This document shows, piece after piece, positions 35,710-43,109 of a DNA stretch of 64,000 nt. The notes beneath the pieces were generated by a model. It saw nothing but the letters and a program-made list of their open reading frames with translations, was not told the DNA's origin and searched no databases. Made by a program: the position numbers and the translations under genes. Every line of letters begins with the position of its first letter. Position 1 is the first letter of the stretch. Location of the stretch: the NCBI GenBank assembly GCA_007376395.1, contig VMGE01000001.1, forward strand, positions 25,635 to 89,634. Direction: 5' to 3'. This DNA comes from Microgenomates group bacterium Gr01-1014_5. GTDB taxonomy: Bacteria > Patescibacteriota > Microgenomatia > UBA8517 > UBA10165.

Positions 35710-37286
35710 AATTTGATCGTCCTGTTATCCACGAAGATGGCAAGAAAGCAGTTATTTATCTTCGAGTTTCCACCGAAGAACAAGTAGATAATTTTTCTTT
35801 AGGTAGCCAGGAAGATATTTGCAGGAAAGAAGCAGAAAAAAGAGGATATGAAGTGGTTGAGGTTTTCAGAGAAGAAGGAAGATCTGCTAAAACAATTCTT
35901 GGTAGACCTGTACTTATAAGTTTGCTGGAGTATTGCCGGAAGAACAAAACTAAAGTTCACGCGGTATTTGCATACAGGTTAGACAGAATATCGAGACAAA
36001 CCGCAGATTACCTAGCAATCAGGAAAAAGCTTCTTGAACAAGATATAACAATAATATCTGCCACTGAACCTACAGGTGACAGCCCTACTGAAAAACTAGT
36101 TGAAACAATCCTGGCCGGGTTTGCTCAACTGGATAACGATATTAGGTCAGAAAGAGCACGAAATGGGCTTAGAGCGAGATATATGTCAGGTCTTATAAGT
36201 GGTAAGCCCCCACTCGGATATAAGTTTCAGGCAGGGTTTGCAGTTAAAGACCCTGAAACCTGGGATAAGGTGAAAAGGGCTTGGGAGCTTATGGCAACTG
36301 GCACTAAAAGTACCCGAGACTTGGGTAAAATAATGTCTGATTGGGGTTTGAGAGAAATTCATGGCAAATTATCTTATGAACTTCGACCACAATCAGTTTG
36401 CCGTATTTTTAGGCTTAAATTCTATGCAGGTATCTTAACATCTAAAACATATCCTGATGAGATTAAAGGACAACATGTACCAATGATTACAGAGGAGCTT
36501 TTCTATAAGGTACAGGCTCTCCTTGACGGCAGGGGTCCTAACAGAGGGGTCTTTGTAAAAAGAACATTTATAAATGAGGCATTTCCTTTAAGAAGAATTG
36601 TCAAATGTGGTAAGTGTGGTGCAGGGCTAACTGGATACTGGAGCACAGGAAAAATGGGAGTCAGATATGCTTATTATTCCTGCGGCATGAAGTGTAATTA
36701 CAAATGTATCCCTGTAAAAGAAGTTGAGGATAGTGTGATTGATATGCTTAAAGACATCACTCCAAAGGAAGAGGCACTTAAGCTCTTTATCAACTCTGTT
36801 TACAAAGCATATCACCAAAGGCTCTCAAGGCTTAACAAAACAAAAAGCGAAGCAAATCAAGAGATAGAGCGTCTGAAATTACTTAGAAAGTCTCTGGTTG
36901 AAAAAAATCTATCAGGAGTTTATTCGGATGAAATATTTAAAGAACAAAGCGCAATAATAGAGGATAAAATGATAAAGTCTCAGATTTCTAAAGAGGACTC
37001 AATAATTAATAAATATAATATTGATGCACTAACTTCTTTTATTAAAACTCTTTTGGCTGATTTAGGAGAAGCTTACAAAAGATCTAGTATTCCACAGCTA
37101 AAAATACTCCTGAGTTCGGTGTTCGAGGATAATCTCACTTGGGACTATAATGGCACACCGAACTCTAAGATTAGCCCGTTATATCAGTATATTCGTGACT
37201 TTTCGGAACATCATGTCCCGTCTGGAGCGGGAAACGGGATTCGAACCCGCGACCTTCTCGTTGGCAACGAGACGCTCTACCACTGA
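35706..37286 (+). CDS. large serine recombinase (resolvase domain + recombinase domain + zinc ribbon + coiled coil)
   Basis: AVIYLRVSTEEQ (catalytic Ser), ..AYRLDRISRQ.., VKCGKCGAGLTGYWS...YYSCGMKCNYK zinc ribbon. The C-terminal 21 codons read through tRNA-Gly(GCC). Confidence 0.85.
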   Translation: MKFDRPVIHEDGKKAVIYLRVSTEEQVDNFSLGSQEDICRKEAEKRGYEVVEVFREEGRSAKTILGRPVLISLLEYCRKNKTKVHAVFAYRLDRISRQTADYLAIRKKLLEQDITIISATEPTGDSPTEKLVETILAGFAQLDNDIRSERARNGLRARYMSGLISGKPPLGYKFQAGFAVKDPETWDKVKRAWELMATGTKSTRDLGKIMSDWGLREIHGKLSYELRPQSVCRIFRLKFYAGILTSKTYPDEIKGQHVPMITEELFYKVQALLDGRGPNRGVFVKRTFINEAFPLRRIVKCGKCGAGLTGYWSTGKMGVRYAYYSCGMKCNYKCIPVKEVEDSVIDMLKDITPKEEALKLFINSVYKAYHQRLSRLNKTKSEANQEIERLKLLRKSLVEKNLSGVYSDEIFKEQSAIIEDKMIKSQISKEDSIINKYNIDALTSFIKTLLADLGEAYKRSSIPQLKILLSSVFEDNLTWDYNGTPNSKISPLYQYIRDFSEHHVPSGAGNGIRTRDLLVGNETLYH

Positions 37287-37297
37287 GCTACTCCCGC
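37223..37297 (-). tRNA. tRNA-Gly (anticodon GCC), CCA encoded
   Basis: rc: GCGGGAG-TA-GCTCAGTGGTAGAGC..anticodon loop TTGCCAA..GCGGG-TTCGAAT-CCCGT-TTCCCGC-T-CCA. Confidence 0.85.
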
Positions 37298-37536
37298 ACA
37301 TCTAACACAGAATTTAAATATTCCCGGCCTTTTCCTGTTTTAAGAAACAACTCTCTTCTATAAGCCTCACTTTTAGTGTTAAATGTCTCTCTGTGAACTA
37401 AAACATACGGTCTTGTTAGCTTTGTATACTTTGAAACACCACTATTGTGCTCTCGTATTCTTCTTTCAAGGTCAAGGGTAGACCCGGTATACAATCTGTT
37501 ATTCTTTAAGCTCCTAAGAACGTATACGTAATACAT
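37288..37536 (-). CDS. GIY-YIG nuclease family small protein (cassette 3)
   Basis: YYVYVLRSLKNNRLYTGSTLDLERRIREHN. Confidence 0.8.
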   Translation of the reverse strand: MYYVYVLRSLKNNRLYTGSTLDLERRIREHNSGVSKYTKLTRPYVLVHRETFNTKSEAYRRELFLKTGKGREYLNSVLDVRE

Positions 37537-37580
37537 ACTGCACGACCTGTCGCCTTGGCGACCGCTCTACCACTGTTGTA

Positions 37581-38774
37581 TTATATCATTTTGTGCTTAG
37601 CGATCAATTGGCTAGCCTCAGCTCTTCCCCAAGAGTCTGCGTCTAAAATATCTTCCAGATCAGGGTTATTGATAGTTTTATGTTTTTCTAAGACTTTTTC
37701 TAATACAGGCCAAATGTTGTGAAAAGATAGACTTCCAGCTAAAAACGAGGAAACGCAAATATCATTGGCCGCGCTTAATACCGCCGGAAAAGTGCCTCCA
37801 GACCTTCCTGCTTGGTAGGCAAGATCAAGACAGCGGAAAGTTTTAATATCCGGATGGTCAAATGTCATATTTGGATAATCGTCAAAATGAAATCTTTTAA
37901 ACTTATTAGTAGAGCTTTTTTTAGGGTAGAAAAGTGCATATTGAATCGGTAATCTCATGTCAGATGGACCAATTTGCGCAATTATCGTTCCGTCAGTAAA
38001 TTCAACCGCAGAATGTACAACGCTTTGCGGATGAACAATCACCTTTATTTTGTCGTACGGCACACCAAACAACCAATGTGCTTCGATTACTTCAAACCCT
38101 TTGTTCATTAAAGTTGCGCTGTCTATCGTAATTTTTCTTCCCATCTTCCAACTGGGATGGTTTAGCGCTTGCTCAACTGTAACTTTTTTCAAATCTTCAT
38201 TTTTAAATCCGCGGAACGGTCCGCCAGAACAGGTTAAAAAGATTCTGCTAATTTCTTCAGGCTTTCTTCCTTGGAGGCATTGAAAAATAGCGGAATGCTC
38301 AGAATCTATTGGGAGAATTTGAACACTCTGCTTTTTCGCCTCTTGAGTAATCACCACACCCGCCGCGACTAATACTTCTTTAGTTGCTAGAGCAATTGTT
38401 TTCTTTTTCCTGATCGCGGCAAGTGTAGGCTTAATGCCGGGAAGTCCGGGAGTGGCAATGACTATTCGTTCTGTCTTTGGTAAAGTGGCTACTGCAATAT
38501 TTCCCTCTTCGCCCCACATAACTTCAACTTTGTTTTTTAGACGTTTAGTTAAAATTAGAGCGTTATCTTCTGTTTTTACTGAAATTAAATCAGGTAAATA
38601 GGTAAGTGCCTGTTTTTCTAGTAAAGGAAGATTGCTTCCGGCAGAAAGCCCTCGCGTTTTAAGTACAGTTTTGTGAGCACGGAGTACGTCTAGAGTTTGG
38701 GTGCCTATAGAGCCTGTAGATCCAAGAACTGAAATGTTTGTTAGCAAATTACCTCTTTTGGCAAAAAGTGCCAA
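37581..38774 (-). CDS. dxr: 1-deoxy-D-xylulose 5-phosphate reductoisomerase
   Basis: VLGSTGSIGTQTLDV (NADPH site), LPIDSEHSAIFQ, NKGFEVIEAHWLF. Confidence 0.85.
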   Translation of the reverse strand: MALFAKRGNLLTNISVLGSTGSIGTQTLDVLRAHKTVLKTRGLSAGSNLPLLEKQALTYLPDLISVKTEDNALILTKRLKNKVEVMWGEEGNIAVATLPKTERIVIATPGLPGIKPTLAAIRKKKTIALATKEVLVAAGVVITQEAKKQSVQILPIDSEHSAIFQCLQGRKPEEISRIFLTCSGGPFRGFKNEDLKKVTVEQALNHPSWKMGRKITIDSATLMNKGFEVIEAHWLFGVPYDKIKVIVHPQSVVHSAVEFTDGTIIAQIGPSDMRLPIQYALFYPKKSSTNKFKRFHFDDYPNMTFDHPDIKTFRCLDLAYQAGRSGGTFPAVLSAANDICVSSFLAGSLSFHNIWPVLEKVLEKHKTINNPDLEDILDADSWGRAEASQLIAKHKMI

Positions 38775-38841
38775 GCTCCGGAATCGAACCGAAATCTGAC
38801 CCTCTTCAGGGGCCCGCCGTGACCAACTTGGCTAGCTTGGC
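38769..38841 (-). tRNA. tRNA-Phe (anticodon GAA)
   Basis: rc: GCCAAGC-TA-GCCAAGTTGGTCACGGC..anticodon loop CTGAAGA..GTTCGATTC..GCTTGGC-A. Confidence 0.8.
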
Positions 38842-38865
38842 TTACGAATATATTCTATCATGTTC

Positions 38866-38899
38866 TGAGGCTGACTGACAACCCAAGCTGTGGTATAAT
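38866..38899 (+). promoter_or_regulatory. promoter for the tRNA cluster (extended -10 TGGTATAAT)
   Basis: gctgactgacaacccaagctgTGgTATAAT about 13 nt upstream of the first tRNA-like sequence. Confidence 0.45.
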
Positions 38900-38912
38900 T
38901 CACAAGCCGATT

Positions 38913-39121
38913 GCCCTGGTGTTGGAATTGGCAGAACCCGTATACGACGGGTCAAGCAATCACGCTTGAGTCAAGATGGCGGAACTGGCAGACGCGTACG
39001 GTTCAGAACCGTATGGGGCAACCCTTGAGGGTTCAACTCCCTCTCTTGACACTGGAGTGAGAGCCTGCCCCGTAACGAACGAAGAGAGATTTACGGGGTT
39101 CAAGTCTCTCCCAGGGCACCA
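38913..39121 (+). other. split tRNA-like sequence (5' half GCCCTGG-TG-TTGGAATTGGCAGA... / 3' half ...GGTTCAAGTCTCTC-CCAGGGC-A-CCA) enclosing an intact tRNA-Leu(CAG)
   Basis: Outer 7-bp acceptor complementarity, Leu-like D-loop and T-loop motifs and an encoded CCA. No canonical cloverleaf could be completed by hand. Confidence 0.35.
38970..39051 (+). tRNA. tRNA-Leu (anticodon CAG), class II
   Basis: GTCAAGA-TG-GCG-GAACTGGCAGA-CGC..TACGG-TTCAGAA-CCGTA..variable stem GGGG/CCC..GAGGG-TTCAACT-CCCTC-TCTTGAC-A. Confidence 0.8.
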
Positions 39122-39131
39122 GTAGTACCTT

Positions 39132-39216
39132 GCCGGGGTGGTGGAATGGTAGACACGATGGCCTTAAGAGCCCTTGGAACAACAGTTCCGTGCAGGTTCG
39201 AGTCCTGTCCTCGGCA
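39132..39216 (+). tRNA. tRNA-Leu (anticodon TAA), class II
   Basis: GCCGGGG...anticodon loop CTTAAGA, variable stem-loop GGAAC-aaca-GTTCC, GCAGG-TTCGAGT-CCTGT-CCTCGGC-A. Confidence 0.8.
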
Positions 39217-39248
39217 CAAACAGTGGTTGGTTATAGTACTCTTAATTA

Positions 39249-39322
39249 GGGCACTTGGCTCAGTTGGTTAGAGCGTCTCGTTTACATCGAGAAGGTCAGG
39301 GGTTCGAATCCCTTAGTGCCCA
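39249..39322 (+). tRNA. tRNA-Val (anticodon TAC)
   Basis: GGGCACT-TG-GCTCAGTTGGTTAGAGC..TCTCG-TTTACAT-CGAGA..AGGGG-TTCGAAT-CCCTT-AGTGCCC-A. Confidence 0.85.
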
Positions 39323-39401
39323 CAAGTGGGATGGCCGAAAGGTCAAACAGGTGCAAGACCATTATGTATTCGCAAATGTCGAGCCCTGTACCGCCCACCA
39401 A

Positions 39402-39485
39402 GCCTAGGTGTCGAAATTGGTATACGAGCACGCTTGAGGTGTGTGTGGGAGCAATCCCGTGGAGGTTCGAGTCCTCTCCTAGGCA
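39402..39485 (+). tRNA. tRNA-Leu (anticodon GAG), class II
   Basis: GCCTAGG..CACGC-TTGAGGT-GTGTG, variable stem GGGA-gcaa-TCCC, GGAGG-TTCGAGT-CCTCT-CCTAGGC-A. Confidence 0.8.
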
Positions 39486-39530
39486 CCGATAACTGTAATT
39501 AGGTTCAAATTTTGGTATACTATAATATCC

Positions 39531-39603
39531 CGGGGTATAGCGCAGTTGGTAGCGCGCCTCGTTTGGGACGAGGAGGCCGGAGGTTCGAATCCTCCTACCC
39601 CGA
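39531..39603 (+). tRNA. tRNA-Pro (anticodon TGG)
   Basis: CGGGGTA-TA-GCGCAGTTGGTAGCGC..CCTCG-TTTGGGA-CGAGG..GGAGG-TTCGAAT-CCTCC-TACCCCG-A. Confidence 0.85.
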
Positions 39604-39608
39604 CACAA

Positions 39609-39679
39609 GCGGGATTAGTTGAACGGCTCAACATCTGCTTTCCAAGCAGAAAAAACGGGTTCGACTCCCGTATCCCGCT
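39609..39679 (+). tRNA. tRNA-Gly (anticodon TCC)
   Basis: GCGGGAT-TA-GTTGAACGGCTCAAC..TCTGC-TTTCCAA-GCAGA..ACGGG-TTCGACT-CCCGT-ATCCCGC-T. Confidence 0.8.
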
Positions 39680-39757
39680 CAAAAGTATGACGTTATGTGA
39701 GAGAAAATCTCACACTTAGAAAAAACAGAGTGTTAGCCAATACGCTTCGCGATTCGC

Positions 39758-39778
39758 GACTCCCGTATCCCGCTCCAG
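39758..39778 (+). repeat. partial direct copy of the tRNA-Gly(TCC) 3' end (gactcccgtatcccgctcca); att-like remnant. Third, shorter copy at 40773-40788
   Basis: Original ttcgactcccgtatcccgctca at 39660-39681; copies cgcgactcccgtatcccgctccag (39755-39778) and atatcccgctccagacgg (40773-40790). Confidence 0.55.
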
Positions 39779-39787
39779 AAGGTGAAG

Positions 39788-40456
39788 TTAGTTTGTCAAA
39801 GCCAATTCTTTTAAATTTTGTGCTTCTTTAAGCCAAAAATCCTGCCATTCTTTCTCTGGTAGTTCAGTCAGTAGAGCGGGATAGTCCTCTAATGCGGTAA
39901 CTTTTAGAAGTTGTTGACCCATTTGAATAGGATCAATAGGAGAATCAAACTTAGCTTTAGCCTTTTTGATTAAATCTTTAAATTCCCAGCCTTTAGTTTT
40001 AATAATTAAATACAGGTCGATAAAATGCCGACTACTTGGCTGTTGGTAAATAGTAAATGTTTTATTGGTTGCGATATCTATTAGACTATCTACTTTAATT
40101 CCATTTATTACCTTTGGTTGTTCAATCTGGGTAAATGGATAGTATGTAAATTCAGTCTTTATGACCCCCTCTTTGTGATGAAGAAAGAATAAATTTCTGT
40201 TAAAGCTTTGTTGAAAATCAATTTTATCTATTCTAGCCTCTTTTTGAAGGGATTTTAAACTTACTTGGATATTCATTGGATCTACTTCTTCCATGCAAAA
40301 GAAATCTAGATCTTCTGATAATCTATGCTGAAGATAATATTCAGCTAAAGCAGTACCACCGGATAAATAAAAGTTATTTACAATATCAGTTTTCTTTGAT
40401 ATAAGATCGAGAAGAAGTTTTTGTGTATCAGTTAAGATTGTTTTGGCCATAATCAA
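39788..40456 (-). CDS. AbiEii/DUF1814-family nucleotidyltransferase (type IV TA / abortive-infection toxin-like)
   Basis: FYLSGGTALAEYYLQHRLSEDLDFF matches the AbiEii GGTAL...R.S.DLDF signature. Confidence 0.6.
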   Translation of the reverse strand: MIMAKTILTDTQKLLLDLISKKTDIVNNFYLSGGTALAEYYLQHRLSEDLDFFCMEEVDPMNIQVSLKSLQKEARIDKIDFQQSFNRNLFFLHHKEGVIKTEFTYYPFTQIEQPKVINGIKVDSLIDIATNKTFTIYQQPSSRHFIDLYLIIKTKGWEFKDLIKKAKAKFDSPIDPIQMGQQLLKVTALEDYPALLTELPEKEWQDFWLKEAQNLKELALTN

Positions 40457-40468
40457 AACCTCGATCTG

Positions 40469-40666
40469 TTAATGCTGTCCCAACCACATCTCAAGAAGCT
40501 TTTTTCTTTGAGGGTCAATGGTGAGTTTTAACCAATATTTTTTCAAATCATCAACCTTTAACTTTTCTCCATTAAGACCGAAATTAATACTTTGCTCTAG
40601 TTTCCAAATAGCGTATTTTTCAGGGTTTTTCTTTAATTTTTTAGTGTTTATATTCCAGTTATACAT
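40469..40666 (-). CDS. small hypothetical protein upstream of the AbiEii-like gene (possible cognate antitoxin; not AbiEi-like in size)
   Basis: 65-aa basic protein, same strand, 12-nt gap. Confidence 0.3.
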   Translation of the reverse strand: MYNWNINTKKLKKNPEKYAIWKLEQSINFGLNGEKLKVDDLKKYWLKLTIDPQRKKLLEMWLGQH

Positions 40667-40806
40667 GTATACATTATACCAGTTTTTGGCCTATTTTTCT
40701 TTATAAGTTTCCATCAACTTGCCAAAATGAATGAGTATTTGATTGCATAGGGGGCGCTAAATAATTTGCATATCCCGCTCCAGACGGGGCAGTGTCAATG
40801 GGAAAT

Positions 40807-41198
40807 CTATCTTGAGCCGATGGGTTTATTATTCCAACGTACTTTTGTAAACACGAGGTCTTTCCATTCTGCTTCAATCTTGTTTGCCTGTGAATAATCC
40901 GGATTATCTTCCCAATAAGACCATTGTGTTGATTGTCCAGAATTTTCAATCGTACCCATGACAGTAAGCCTACTTTTGTCGGCATATTGTACATAAAGAT
41001 CCATACTGTTTGGTGGAAATGTAAATTCAGTATTCCAAGGATAATTTCTTGGCATCAGTAGTCTTCTTTTTGGGATTTCTAATGTATAACTGCCGGAAGT
41101 GTAATCAATTTGACCGCTATCAAGTCTATTTCCCCAGATTTTCCATATTCCAATCTCAGTCTCTATAACGTTGTCAGGTAGTCGTTCATATTCTTTGC
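40807..41198 (-). CDS. hypothetical protein (N-terminus uncertain; the track ORF runs into a GC-rich structured element)
   Basis: Trp/Tyr-rich 130-aa body. The first about 17 codons of the track ORF lie in the GC-rich element 41205-41345. Confidence 0.3.
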
Positions 41199-41204
41199 CT
41201 ATGC

Positions 41205-41345
41205 ACGATGAAGCTCCCGCGACCTGACGGTCGGGGTATCTTCTCCCCACGGCTTCGTAGGGAGCGGAATCCCTCCGAAGCGAACAAGACTTCGCTCAGA
41301 GTCGCGAGCTAACGCTCTTGGGTATTTCGCGAAGGGGGATAAAAC
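41205..41345. other. GC-rich structured element (nested hairpins) in AT-rich context; candidate cis-regulatory RNA/ncRNA
   Basis: CGACC-tgac-GGTCG; GCTTCG-tAGGGAgcggaaTCCCTc-CGAAGC; GCGAA-caagac-TTCGC; TCGCGA...TCGCGA. Confidence 0.3.
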
Positions 41346-41642
41346 AATAGCGTTTCCGGCAAGAATCATTAATTCTCTTCTTGAAAAAACTCTTCCCCTC
41401 ATCTCTGACATATCCTATAATGATACTATAGAAATGTGGACTAAATCAATTAGCTTATTGAAAAAAGAAATTTTAGATATATAATACTACTGTGGCTAAG
41501 CCTGAAATTCCAGTAACAAGTCCAATTAGAAGAGACATACCGGATATTCCTAATCCATTTATTAAACCCATAACTGTTCCGGTTCCTGCTGAACCCATAA
41601 GGGTCCCCGTGCCAGCTGTCCCCGTTACACGCTAATTATTTC

Positions 41643-43109
41643 ATGAGTAGTCCTGAAAGCTTACATCAAGATATCAGCCATAGATCTGAATTGTCGCACC
41701 AAAGAAGAAACCTTTATTTCATTATGCGCAATAATGGTTGGATTATAACTAAAAAAGGAAGATTGTTTTTTGATAATGGTGAAATTAACAGTTTAAATGC
41801 AGAATTTGCAAGTGATCGAGTCTCTTTTTTTGGACCTGGCCAAAGAGATAATTATCTGCTTACTGCGGCTGCAGTAGTAAAAAATCGTCTTTTTACTGCA
41901 CTCTCCCAACCCACTGTTGTTGAAGTCATGGAAAAATTCCGTAGCGTCGATGAAGATTTAGCTGCAAAAATCGCATTTATTTTAGGTGGGTTGGTTCGAT
42001 ATAACTATGAAAAAACCCTCGATATCTTGTCTGAAGGTCGAGTAAAATATGTGGCTGAAATGGCTAAGTTAGGTCAACGGCATAGTGGACTTAACATTAC
42101 TATTGGTGTGGCCATGTATATACTATCGGGCGGGGAAATCGTCGAAAATAAGCGATTTAAGAGTGATGTCGCAAATATGGCAGAAGCTATCGATCAAGAC
42201 CCAACAAAGATCGCGACTACGGCTGATTTAGGATTATCACAAACATTAAGATTAAAAGGTTTTATTGATAGACTCACAAATCAACCTATGTTAAACCTTC
42301 CCGACGTTCAACCTTTATTAAAGTATTTTACAGGCTTCCCTACCGTTGGCGCAGAGTTTCATTTTTCGCCTGATGACCCAAACTTAAACCACACCTTTTG
42401 GCAAAGACTTGCTCTTTTAAACATGTCTCAGTACCAAGAAGGTTCTTATATTCAAATGTCTAGAAATGATCGGGGTGTAATTGAAGTCAGAATGAACCCC
42501 TCTGTCTATCCTGTTACTATTGCCAACTGGAGACGAATGATGTTTTTACTTCCAGAGCTTAAAAGAGCCTTTTTTACCGTTACTTTTAATCGTAATGAAA
42601 AGAATGGCGATTTTTGCTGGAATAACGAAGAAGACAAAAATTTACTTACTAAACTACAATCTATCGGACTACTTTGTTATTCCAGTTTGTTTGAGGAAGC
42701 CCCGCAAAGAGGTAAAAATGAAGAAATACCTTTCGGCACAGTTTATCTCGGACAAACTGTCAGAGCAGTGGGTAGAGATTTTATATATACAGGTAAGTGG
42801 ATTAGAAATAATAATAATAATAGTAATGAAAATGGAGATCACGGACAATTTGCAATTTATGCAGGATACGGCGACTCCTTTCCATATATGGCTTATTATC
42901 CATCTATGGCGTTAGCCAATCCTGATATTCTCAGTGATTTCGGTAAAAATTTTTGGGAAGAAACTCAAACTCTAAGCCAGGTATTAGCATTTTCACCAGA
43001 ATACAGAAAAGATGTCTTTGCAGCAATCGAAAATAATATTGATAAAATTAGTCAATTGATATGGGCACGTCGAGCCGGTCTCGAGATAATTGATTTATTG
43101 AGTAAATGA
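41643..43109 (+). CDS. hypothetical 488-aa protein with Asn-run (RNNNNNSNENGD)
   Basis: No confident motif; TVGAEFHFSPDD only loosely resembles carboxylate-amine ligases. Confidence 0.4.
   Translation: MSSPESLHQDISHRSELSHQRRNLYFIMRNNGWIITKKGRLFFDNGEINSLNAEFASDRVSFFGPGQRDNYLLTAAAVVKNRLFTALSQPTVVEVMEKFRSVDEDLAAKIAFILGGLVRYNYEKTLDILSEGRVKYVAEMAKLGQRHSGLNITIGVAMYILSGGEIVENKRFKSDVANMAEAIDQDPTKIATTADLGLSQTLRLKGFIDRLTNQPMLNLPDVQPLLKYFTGFPTVGAEFHFSPDDPNLNHTFWQRLALLNMSQYQEGSYIQMSRNDRGVIEVRMNPSVYPVTIANWRRMMFLLPELKRAFFTVTFNRNEKNGDFCWNNEEDKNLLTKLQSIGLLCYSSLFEEAPQRGKNEEIPFGTVYLGQTVRAVGRDFIYTGKWIRNNNNNSNENGDHGQFAIYAGYGDSFPYMAYYPSMALANPDILSDFGKNFWEETQTLSQVLAFSPEYRKDVFAAIENNIDKISQLIWARRAGLEIIDLLSK

Noticed and set aside
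35706-37297. Recombinase/tRNA-Gly overlap dismissed as chance
   Set aside because: Not dismissed. The overlap together with the adjacent T4SS genes is kept as island evidence, but the second att copy was not found, so the boundaries stay unresolved.
38913-39121. Outer tRNA-like halves as a group I/II intron
   Set aside because: No intron catalytic domains (no domain V-like hairpin, no P4/P7 elements). The insert is itself a canonical tRNA.
41199-41411. 70-aa ORF and the N-terminal extension of 40807-41250
   Set aside because: Encoded by the GC-rich hairpin island. Amino-acid composition (Arg/Gly/Ala-rich) is typical of translated structured RNA.
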